Shown here one piece after another: positions 13,871 through 25,645 of a DNA stretch of 64,000 nt. This stretch comes from Nageia nagi. Its lineage: Eukaryota > Plantae > Pinophyta. The stretch lies in NCBI GenBank assembly GCA_050084985.1, contig JBITNC010000001.1, positions 98,332,001-98,396,000 of the forward strand. Direction: 5' to 3'. Position 1 is the stretch's first letter, and each line of letters starts with the position of its first letter. A program made the translations under genes and the position numbers. The notes under the pieces were generated by a model. The model saw nothing but the letters and a program-made list of their open reading frames with translations. It did not search any database and was not told where the DNA came from.

Positions 13871-13929
13871 CACTTTGCCACATCAACATAACTAGCAATG
13901 ATAAATAATAAGTCGATAGATATACAAAT

Positions 13930-14624
13930 CATAAGATAACTTTTCTGTTTACCCTTAAAGGTCCTCAAAATTCATGAAAATGGATAAACACCTTCTCTTT
14001 ATCCCTAAAATTACTTCAAAATATGTGATAAGGAATAAACACTTTATGATTAACTATGTAAAAAATAAGTATTTAACCCTTACCATTAATGACACATTAA
14101 AGGTGGTTGGTCATGCACAAAATGCATGCAAGATGATATGATATATGTTATAAATTCATATAATTTACCATTATAGGTTTGTAAATTCCTTACATCTAAC
14201 TCCATAAAAAATAAGCATTTAACCCCTACCTTTAATGAATGCATCAAACGTGATTGGTGATGTTCAAAATGCATCAAAATTTGGGCAGACAATTGAGGTA
14301 GGATGTAAACACCTTGAGTTTAACTTCCCCCATCAAAATGGATAGGGGAAATGTAATCACCTTGAGTTTACTTGATAAATAAGATTCATTTAACCACATA
14401 TAAAAATCTAGACAATAATATTACTTGGGGTAAATGCATTTTATTTATACTAGGAAAAAATAAAAGGCATTTACATTATAGGTTAAATACATTTTATTTA
14501 CAACCTTAACAAATTCCACTTTCCAAAAAAATTGAAGGAAATATGATTTACAAAAAAAGGGGTTAAACTTTACGTGTTTAAACCCATATGTGCATGGGCT
14601 TTGGCTCATGCATACATACCTTTT
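13930..14624. mobile_element. Probable DNA-transposon terminal region (subterminal repeats and double hairpin)
   Basis: TTTA(A)CCC motifs on the left mirrored by GGG(G)T(T)AAA on the right; ATGTAA.CACCTTGAGTT twice; hairpins 14559-14585 and 14586-14617 followed by ACCTTTT. Confidence 0.4.
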
Positions 14625-16199
14625 GCGATAACATAAATTTAGAAACTGGAGAGATCATTATTATGGTTTTAAGCCAAGTCATTCTAAAAACATACCCTAA
14701 AAATTAATGCCCTCCATGAGGAGATACCATTATTATGGTTTTAAGCCATGTTATTCCAAAAACCTTCCCTAAAAATCAACACCCACCATGGAATTTTCAA
14801 CGATTATAGGTTTCCTAAGTTTTCAAGATAATAAAACTCTATATAGTTCAATTTTTTCTTGAGAGATAATGCCTCAATAAATAATATTTTTGGATTCAAT
14901 ATATACTTTAAAAGAAATAAACATACATTTCAAAAATCACACATACTAAGAGCTTGGATGATTGGAATTCCAAATCCATTTCCACATAAATGGATTGCAC
15001 CTTAGTAGGGGTAACAATCCATTAGGAAGGATTGTATACAAGTGTCCAATAGTTATGTATGACCCTTATTTCTCATGGTATTTCTAATCACAACATCTCA
15101 GTAAACCTCCAACACTAATTCTAGTAGAGTTAGGATGACACAAATTAGCCATACCATCTACCAAGGATGCAACCAATATCAAAAAATAAAGGTTTACTAA
15201 CCATTTTAAATGATAAGGGTTACAACTCATGTTGAATAATAAGGGTCACCTAAAATATTTCAAATGAAAAAGATGCAACCTATGTTGAATAGTAATAATG
15301 CACTCTATGATTACCACCACACTGCTTCACTAGGTTGGGAATTCCCCACCATAATACTAAGCTAGTTGTGTATGCCAATACAACTAGATTTTAAATCCAA
15401 TTACCTTGCTACTAGGTTGAATAGCTCTGCAACGAGGGAAGCATACTTAGAAATTACAATAATGTGCTAATTACCTCTTTAATGAATGATGAATTTTTAA
15501 TAATTCCAATAAATAAATAGTTAAAAAGGAATTCTAAAATCCTTGTGATATTTTGGAAGCTTGATAATATTTTAGAATCCCATTGATAATTATGTGACTT
15601 AGCAATATTATGGTGACTTAATGACTTGGTGAAATAGTAATTAATGTATAGTTTAATGAAAAAAAAGAAATAAAAATGAAATTTAAGAACCAAATTAAAA
15701 CTAACACAAATAAAAGTTAAAGAAGAATAAAAAGTGATTTGAAGGATTTTCTACATATCTAACAAATCGCTACATTGATTATGAATTATTATATCCTCTC
15801 AGAAGTAGTTGAAGAGATACAAATGATGATAATGAGTCAAGGAGAAGGCTATCCGATTATCAATGATCAAAAGTAGAAATCAAACCATAATAGAGATAAA
15901 GTTAAAAATACTTCACTATTGATTATTTCTATAGTAATCATCATAATGGATGAACTCTTGAAAGTTGTAATTGAATATTATTAATATAAGATATCCCATT
16001 ATAATAATAATTTTTATTTCCTTGAAAGAAGGGAGCCTACATTATTTGATTTGATTATGCTTAAAGGATCTATTATAAACATATGTGGTTGCAATAGGAT
16101 CTCGATTCTATTATAATAATACAATGATAATGGCGAAGCCTCTTCATGCAAGAGGCAAAGAAGGACATTGGACCTCCCTTGGAGGAAGAGAGGAAAGGA

Positions 16200-16810
16200 G
16201 ATAAATTACCTCCTAAAATCCCTCATTCCATCATTTATCAATTTGTATAAAGAGGCCACTACAACTTTAGTGGGAAAGATCCATGATATTTGTTTGAACA
16301 TAAACTTATCAAAAAGTGGATAAAGTTGAGATGTAAGATTAAAGGTAGTTTGGATATTATTGTAATGCCTAATGATTACAATATATTTATACTTAATTAC
16401 ATAAAATATTAGGATTTTATCTTGAGCACTCCTTGGTTCTTTGGAATCCTAAGATTATTTTTAGAAAAAAACATGATGTAGTTTTAATCCATATAATGAT
16501 TGGTTTGATTTAGGTCACCCTTCCATATGTTTTATTCAATTATTGGCATAAAAAGTATTTGAAGGGATAACATGATATTTTGAAAAGCATTTATTTTAAC
16601 AATAGACAAAGTTATAAAGTCCCTAACAATAATGTTGGTAGAAATGTTTTATACCATGGTTGAATTTGGAGAAAATATATCAAAATCAATTATGCTTAAA
16701 TCATAAATTAGGGAGCAAGTTCAAGAATAATGTTATAAAAATAACATTACCTATGCTTAATGTGTGGTTAGGTTAGTTATAATGAGAGATATGTTTTTGG
16801 TGAAAGTAAT
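16200..16810 (+). mobile_element. LINE ORF1 remnant (DUF4283-like plus zinc knuckle)
   Basis: TTLVGKIHDICLNI, IKKWIKLRCKIKGSLDIIVMPNDY, ILSTPWFFG, VTLPYVLFNYWH..VFEGI, and a decayed knuckle near 16760-16795. Confidence 0.65.
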
Positions 16811-17329
16811 CATAGTAAACATAATTCGCAATGAATGGAGACCAAAACAACATTATGAAGTGCAAGGCACAAATATGGTAAGAAACCCATTAGAACTCGA
16901 AGTAGATGAAATGTTGCAAAATGACGTAGAAGGAGATAACAATAATTAAGAAAATAAGGAGGAATACGGGTAACACGAGGATAATACCTCTAATTAGATA
17001 ATCATTTTCAAATATGGTCATTAAAATAATAAATAAAATGAGATTCATAAGAAAAATTATGAATTGCAACCTAAATCATAGTTGCAGACAAAAGATGATA
17101 GCTCACCTAGTAATGATAGATTAAAGGATCCAAATAGTAAGAAGAGATCATTAAATAAGGAAGGAATAATGATAATATAGGAAATGTTGGATGAACTAGG
17201 AAATAATAATGAAACAAAGATCTAATTGGATTTTAAAAACATAGTGGTGAATAAAACTCAATTTTTCAAATATTATGGTGGGATACCGCATGATAAAGAA
17301 ATCATAAACAAAATAAGGAAAAGTGGGAT

Positions 17330-18525
17330 GCCCTAGTGAAAGCAATATGTGTAGGGAAAGTTTATAATGGGTAATTATATAAAATAGGAATAATGTTTAT
17401 CATTGATTTAGGTGGATATGTTATTTTATTATGTGCTAAATGGATAGTTCAATTACAAGATGTTATAGTGAACTTTTATAATTTATTTGTTTATTGGAGA
17501 AAAAAATGGGAAACAAATCAAAGTCCAAGGATTGTAATCATCTTTGGTGAAGTGGTAATTTCACACCAAATGGAAAAAAATATTTGAAAGGAAAGGAAGA
17601 TGATTCATAACATAATATTAAATCATGACATAGAGATGTGGAAATTATGAATTAAATGTAAAAATATATTTCAAGAACTAGAAATTATACTCCCATTATA
17701 ACTCATGATCATGTAATTAACTTAAATTATAAAGCTTCATTATCCCAAAATTAGTCCATATAGACCATCACTCATAAAGAAATGAGATTAAGAAGTTTGT
17801 AAAATAAATATTAGAAAACATTTAATTTATCCATGTACTAGCCCATACTCTTCACCAATTGTGTTGGTGAAAAAGAAGGATGATTCATGGAGGATGTGTT
17901 AAGAATTTTATTATCTTAATAAACCTACTATCAAATATATCTATGTAATTGATTATTAGCTATACGAATTGCATGTTACCATAATTTTTGTTGATATTGA
18001 TTTAAGATCAAGTTATCATCAAACAATAATATAGTAAAATAAGAGAAACTAATTTGCAACATGTGGAACAAGTTTTACAAATATTAGAAAAAAGAATATT
18101 TTTTTGTAAAAAAATCTAAATACTCTTTTGATCTTATTGAAGTTGAGTATTTGAGTTATAATATGTTAGTATAATGAATAAAACTAGACCTTAGCAAAAT
18201 GAAAGAAATGAAGGATTGACCACCTCCAAAAAATATCAAAAGTATAACAAGTTTTTTGGCACTTGCAAGTTCTTATAAAAACTATTGTGTGAGATTATAG
18301 GAAAACAATATCACCTCTTAAACCACTTACAAAGAGAGATGCTTTCATATGGATAGAGTCAACTAAGGAGACATTTAATATGTTAATAAAGGCTATATGT
18401 TCAAAATACCCCAAACATTACTAAACCTTTTGTCATTGAATTTAATCCTTTAAGAATGGATATTAGTAAAGTTTTAATGTAAGAATAACATTCATTAACT
18501 TTTTAGAGTAAGTAGCTTTTATAAT
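17330..18525 (+). mobile_element. Ty3/gypsy pol remnant (protease tail, RT with internal deletion, RNase H start)
   Basis: FIIDLGGYVILL.AKW; HDHVINL; SPYSSPIVLVKKKDDSWRMC; IDLRSSYHQ; VEYL; FLALASSY; TKPFVIE...VLM*E*HSLTF*SK*L. The YxDD core is missing. Confidence 0.9.
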
Positions 18526-21500
18526 ATTTTATGCCAAGAGGTGTTCCTAGAGTGGTAGCTCAAGGGAAGTGGAGGCCCAAATGTCACATGTCCATCTGTC
18601 AAACATCAACTTCAATATTTAAAAAATAAAAATAATTGAGGGGAGAATACAAATTTAAATTATAAATCTGAATGGAATACAAACCAACACATCTTTTAAA
18701 AATAAATATATAAATACAAATAAGAATATGAAGCATAGCATAAGCAAATTTGAAGGTTGCAGAAGTGAAGAGAGAATCATTTACACTCCACCAGTGGCAG
18801 AAGCAAATTTAACAAGATTTCAATGTAAGTAATTTTTTTGGGATCATTTACACTCCATTCTCTACATTCCCAACAAATCGTAGGTTATTGAATGCATTTG
18901 TTTCTTAAAATATGTAGTAGAAATTATTATATTAAAAAAATATAAATGATTTACAATAAAAATGAGTAAATAAAGTACACCTCATGTTAGTTCAATCTAA
19001 TCTTTTATAAGTGTTAAAATATGTTCTCTATAACATTTGATGTCTATTGCTCTTTGGCATGTAATTAAATATAAGGGTATTCACTGTAACATTCATATTT
19101 TACATTTTTGCTATGTAGCATTCCATTGTTTAAATCATTTTTTATTGGACACTAGGTAGTGCATGTGCTTAGTTGATAAGTTCACTATATATGTTGTAAT
19201 AGATTAGATTAAGTGACATCCACCTTCCATCTATATAATTATTGTACACTCTTAAACAATGTCATTGTGCTAAACTATGCTACTACATTGTTGTAGACAT
19301 GGTTCATTACATACATATTTTACTTTTCTTCTCATAGAAAGAGCATAAGACATTGTTTTTGAAAAAATGTAGAAAGGTTTGGATGACAACATAAGTGCCT
19401 CCAACAACAAAGTGTTTAATTTAAATAAATACAATGTAATATCTTTATTGTGGGTTTCATGGAAATATTTGGGTGCCTCCAACAATAAAGGGTTTAATTT
19501 AAATCATCATTATTTCTATGTTTAGAATGGAGAGTAATTCTTATAGTGAAGAAGATTTGAGCTTGAAATACTAGAAAAATTTAATAACTTAATTTTAATA
19601 TTCTTTTAATTGTTTTTAGAATGGGTCTCCAATTGACCAAAGAATATTTGCATATTTTAATAATGTTTTTATTTTATGTTAATTATAATACTCTCTTATG
19701 AAAAATAGTATTTTATTTTAATGTTATTTGAATAATATTTTAATTTTAAATTTTCATAGTTTTTAATTAATTAATAAATGTGTCATACTATAAGAAGAGG
19801 TAACATTATTTAGAATACAATCAAACAACAAAGGTTGCAAATGACAAAAAATCATAGAAAAGGAGAAAATGAAAAATGATTATAATGTCATGAAAAATGT
19901 AAAGCATCAATATCATGTGGAAGTATTTAAGATGAAAGAGAAAAAATACAAAATGGAAAAAAAATAAGGCTTTTTAACTATTTCAAATTCAAGGTTATTT
20001 TTAAATACTTATATATTTTATGTTATTATATATGAATGCATTTGCTTATGTTTTTGCAATAATTTTCCCATAATGATAATGAATTCTAAAGAGCAAAGAG
20101 AACAACAAAGATTAAAAAACATAGGAAATATTATAGAGATTATAATCGATAATGATGTGCAGAAATGAGTGAGTCAAAAAGAAAGAGAAAGACAAAGACA
20201 AAGAGAATATCGAGCAAAAAGTAGGGTGGAAATGAAAAGTGAACAATAACAACAAAAAAGAGCAATAAACACTGAACGAAGAAGACAAACATGTGCAAAT
20301 ATGTTATAAAATCAAAGATAAGAAATGATTCAAAGATAAATGGAACAACAAAAAAGAAACTGAGAGAATAAAACATAATTTGAACTTGAGGAGGTTAGGA
20401 GAAAATGTGCAAATGATCAATGACTTCAACGTGCTAGACAATTTGAGGAACATAGTCAAAGACAAGAAATAATACATCATGATCATGGTCATGATAATGT
20501 AAATGTTTCTGATGCATCCTCTTTTTTAGAAAGAAATGCTAGAAATATCATTATGGTGTGACAAACATAATATGAACCAACTGAGATATGAGAGACACCT
20601 CCAACATTCCATCCTTTAAGAGAAGGAAATGTAGAAGGTTTACAAGTGAATGCAAATAAAATAGATCATAATAGAACACATGAAAATACAAATACAAATA
20701 TTTGAATAGATTTCAAAGAAATACAAACATTATTTTGAATTCAATTGCAAAAACTTGCATCACCATCCATGTGTTATATTTATCAAGAATCTTATCTTGG
20801 AATAAAGGTATGATCTACAACTCAAGGTCCAACATGCAATAGATGTAGACAAGAGAAAGTTCCTCATCAATTCTCTTACTCAATTAACATGGATCTTGGG
20901 TCTAAACCACTTGAATTAGCAAACTTGACACAAATTGAAGAAATATTGATAGCATGAGTCAATCCAATATTACAATTAGTGAATGATACAAAAGGCCAAT
21001 ATAAGTACAAAGGGCATACAATTAGCTTTCCATAAGAAGTGAAAGAAATTGTGAAGATACTACCTTATCCTATAAAAGACTTACCAATAATTATTTTTTG
21101 AAGAAGAGATCATGGCACAAATTACAATTTCATAGTAAATAAAGAGAGAGTCTATAAAGCTCTAAAGTATAAGATAGAACATGATAAGTTTTATAGGGAT
21201 GTGTAAATTAATGAAGATATTTTGAGAGATCTCCCTACCAATACCAATACAAATATATTTGACATTCTAAATTCTATTCATATGGAGTTTGATTTTGATA
21301 TGAATGAATATGTAGTAACTGGTCCAACAATTGAGATGGATGAAGGAAATGTCATTGACCACACAACATCTATGGCCTCTAAACCACCTAATGCACCAAA
21401 GGAGATGGAATTGATTCATGCATGGGTAAATAACCCTAACATGAAACCAAAAACACTTAATGATTGGCCTCAAATTGGAGCATCTCTTGTAAATAAGTAT

Positions 21501-24500
21501 GTCACAAAAGGGTTACTTGATATGGCATTTTCAACATTATTCCCAAATTGAAATTGTGATTGGATACAACCAAGAATAGAAAAAGTCTATCTTCATGAAT
21601 TTGCAAAATATTTATTTTGATATAGAGATCATCATTTTGTAAAGCATCCAAGATTTAGGTATTTCATGATGAACATGATAATGAGACATCATGCTCAGAA
21701 TTCTTCAATAATATTTGTGAAAAAGAGCCTTCAAGATTTGCCCACTATGATTAATGAATTGCGAGAACATATGGAAAACATCTCATAATCACATCTAGCA
21801 AAATTATTAATGGATTTTGACTCTTTAGTAAGAGGCACAAGATCTTATTGGATAAAGTGTCATGCTGAATTAAGTGATTTATTACATCAAATTAGATCAC
21901 CATTGACTACTTTCTTCACTTTGAGTGCAATTGATATGTATTGGCCTGACTCTCATGCATTGATGCTAGGAACACCACCAACAGATTCAAAAGAAGCACA
22001 AAAATGGTGATGATAAAATATTATTTATTATCCACATATTGTGGCAAATTACATGCATCTACAAAATATAATTTTTTGCAAGGAGGTCTTGCAAAAATGA
22101 ATGCAAGTCAAAGAATTTTGGTGTGGATATGGATGGCAACATAGGGGCTCTCCACATGTGCATGGATTCTTTTGGTTAGAGGGAGCTCCAAACATGGATA
22201 ATTTAGATTGGACAAGTCAAGAATAGGTGAAAAATGCACAAACATTTTTTGATAATATTGTACATGCATGGAATCCTTAAGGAGATCCACATCAACAAAA
22301 TATACATGTATGCTCCACATCAATCTATTTAATTTCATTTTGTAAATACAATAAGTGAAATAAATTAATGACTATTGTATATATTTACCAGATACTTCAA
22401 ATTGTTAATGAACACCCATGTTTGAGGAATACAAGTCAACTTGATCAAGTAGATTCAAATCTTGATTATGAAGAGATTCTTAATTGTGTGGAGTGTCACA
22501 CTGTATGTAGAGAAGGTGCATGCTTACAAAAAAAAGGAAAGATGGTTTGTAGGTAAGAAATTATAACTACTTTTATATATTTATTACTTTAAATATATAA
22601 TCTATTATGTCAATATAATTTTTCTTTTATAAGTATAATGCACCATGGCCTTTATCTTTAGATGGATCCAAATTATACAAATATCTAGAAACAAAAGATA
22701 AAAAGTATGAACCAACAAGAAATTATGAATGAGTTAATACACATAATCAATACATATTACAACTATGGAGAGAAAATGTATAATGGAAACCTATTTTATC
22801 AAAGCATGATGTTATCAATTACATTGCCAAATATGCTACTAAGGCTTAGAAAAGTCCTGAAACCTATCAATAAATGTTTATGTGAATTGCAAATTTAGAA
22901 AATGATGATGATCCAACAAAAAGAGCATACACACATCTTCTAACAAAAATAATTATTGAGAGAGATATAGGGGCATAAGAAATATGTCATATGTTATTAA
23001 AGATTCCATTGGTAGAATGTAGTAGAGTTTATGTTTCTCTAAATGTTGGAAGACAAGTTTTCAAAGAGGTAGAAAAAAGTGATGAAGAAGAAACTGAAAT
23101 AGAAGATAAACTATAATTGATGGATATATGTAGTGACCATGTACAATGGAAACTATTTCTCTTATTGATGTAGCTAGATCATGGACATATAATCCAAAGA
23201 GGAGAAGTGACTTCAAATGGAATGCTAGAAAAAATGTAGCTATTATGAGGGTATGGATGCAATTTAACACAATCCCCAAAAAATAATAAAAAAAGTTTAT
23301 CGATTTTTATTGTTCAGATTTATTACTTTACAATCCATTTAGAAATATAGAAAGAGATATCAGGGTTGATGATAACACAATCATAAGAAATTGGGAGGCA
23401 TTCAACTACATACCTTGGCACATTGAGAGAATGAATAATTTACAAAATACAAAACAACAACATCATAGTGAATCAGAAGATGATGATGAATGAACAATTG
23501 AACAAAACACAATAGAGACTGAGTGGGAAATTATAGCCCAATTATATCTTGGAAATCAATTTGCAATGATAGAAATAAATATGCTTGGTAGAAGGGATGC
23601 TGATAAATAAGCACACTAGGATAATAAATATCAAGGAGAAGAACACACAAATAGAGAAATAAATTGGATAACTAGAATGAAACAAAATGGAATTTTTATT
23701 GATGATGATGCACATTTAGAATACTCATATGTGAGCCTTAGAAAAAAATAGAAACAAGTATATGATATAATAATGACACATTATAATCAAGGTCAAAATG
23801 TAGAGCCTTTACATATGATAATTCAAGGAATAGTAGGAACAAGAAAATATTATTTAATTGGAGCACTTCATCAAGCATTTCAATACTTTCCATCTATAGA
23901 ACTTCTCCCCTTATTTTACTTGCACCTACAGGAGTTGCAGTATTCAACATTGGTGCTACTACAATCCATGGAGCACTTCCAATTCCTATTGTAGACTTTG
24001 ATAAATTAGAGGGACCAAGATCAAATTCTTTGCAAGAAGATATAAAACATGTCAAATAAATACTCATTTATGAAATGAGCTTCATAGGGAAAAAATGTTA
24101 GAACACAGATTATCACCTTTGTGAAGGTTTTCTAGAAAAGTCAAACACATGCTTTGGAGGAAGGTAAATAATTTTAGTAGGTGATTTAGGACAATTACCA
24201 CTTGTTATGGATAGACCACCATATGCAAGTGATAAACATGCAAACTTATTATGGCAAAAATTTATAACTATTATAACATTAGATAGGGTATTTTGACAAG
24301 AAGGAGAGAGTGAAGATCAAAAGAGGTTTCATCAACTTCTAACAAATATAAGAGATGCAAATCCAATTGAAGATGATTGGAAATTATTGATAACAAGAAT
24401 AAGTTCAAATCTATATCCAACTCTAAGGGATGAATTTAATTATAATATTCATCTATTTACAACTAATGAAAATGTGCATAATCATAATAGGTATGGATTT

Positions 24501-25489
24501 ATTTTTAATATATCTAATATTTTGAATATTGAAATACTTTTTGAATTGCAATATAATATTCTAACTAATGAAATATACATGATCATAATAGGTTATGATT
24601 ACTCAATTTAAATTTTCCAGTAACACGTAGTATTGCAAGAAAATCAAGGAGCATGAAACTAGGAGGGGGTGACAATGAAGAAATTGAAATTGAGTTACTA
24701 ATTGCAAAGAATGCAAGCATCATGCTAACATCCAACGTATGGACATAAGCTGACTTGTTAATGGCACATTAGGATATGTTTGAAAAATTATCTACAAATT
24801 ATGTAAGTTTTCACCTGATCTACCAACATACATTATGGTACAATTTGATCATTTTATAGGATGCCCATTTGAAGATAGAGCTATTTCAATTATACCAATA
24901 GAAAGGGTCAAACATGCAAACTTCTATTACAATTGTCTTGGGGCTTGAAAATCCATAAATCACAAGGATTGACACTTAATAAAGCAACAATAGATATTGG
25001 AAAAAGAAACAGATAAGGTCTAACATTTTTTGCTATCTATCACGTCAAAGCATTTGATGGAATTAGAATTTTGGCACCATTTCCATATGACCACTATGTA
25101 AAATTGAATTTAGGAAAAGGAGTTGCACAAAGAAAAGCTAAAGAAGAGAGACTCAAGTATTTGGAATAGCCAATATTCCATTTTAATTTAATTATTTTTC
25201 TTCTTTTGTATGAATCTTACTCAATATTATCAATAATTCCTTATGTAAGAGTCATATTCATTTGTTAGACCTTGGATTTAAATGAATTTGGGTAATATAT
25301 CTTTGAACAATGATGCAAACTATTGCATATTTATGGTTGAATTCATTTCTAATTCATGGGATGTTTAAAATATTATGGATGAATTTATTTTTAATTAATT
25401 TAATGTGTTGAATATTGGTATTAATAATTGATTTTTATGTACCTCTTAATATTACAATGCATTAGTCACATGGCCACAGATGCCACTAG
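18525..25489 (+). mobile_element. Helitron-like rolling-circle element, ~7 kb, near full length but decayed
   Basis: Contains the RepHel pseudogene below; 3' end GTCACATGGCCACAGATGCC-A-CTAG (eroded hairpin plus CTAG, followed by T once the 25485-25645 hairpin is removed); 5' end placed where gypsy homology stops (approximate, TC not evident). Confidence 0.8.
20700..25169 (+). pseudogene. RepHel pseudogene: DUF6570-like domain, Helitron_like_N/HUH-Y2 Rep, Pif1-family helicase; at least three introns
   Basis: CNRC...NMDLG..P.EL.NLTQIEEILIA, YKYKGHTISFP; FSTLFPN; KHPRFRYF; RGTRSYW; FFTLSAIDMYWPD; WQHRGSPHVHG (HUH 22155-22163); YIAKY (22820-22834); ERDIGA*E; IIQGIVGTRK (decayed Walker A); LAPTGVA; LIYEMS; VGDLGQLP; IHKSQGLTL; stop at 25167-25169. 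A K/E/R-rich N-terminal extension probably lies at 19800-20700. Confidence 0.93.
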
Positions 25490-25645
25490 CTTTGATATAA
25501 CCCCTTATATATCAAAATATACCAAGAGATATCATTCTTGAGGTGCCTATCTTGGATATAACAATACCAAGAAATGAGATAGGCACCTCAGGAATGATAT
25601 CTCTCAGCATTTTTTTGATATACAAGGGATTATATCAAAGCTAGT
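25485..25645. repeat. 161-bp inverted repeat (MITE-like hairpin)
   Basis: Left arm CTAGCTTTGATATAACCCCTTATATATCAAAA...GAGATATCATTCTTGAGGTGCCTATCT pairs with right arm AGATAGGCACCTCAGGAATGATATCTC...GATATACAAGGGATTATATCAAAGCTAG; ~67-bp arms, ~24-nt loop; TA or CTAG duplication. Confidence 0.9.

Noticed and set aside
23770-25169. Host PIF1 helicase gene or a virus
   Set aside because: Fused downstream of an HUH Rep, decayed, Helitron-like end, no capsid-like gene seen.
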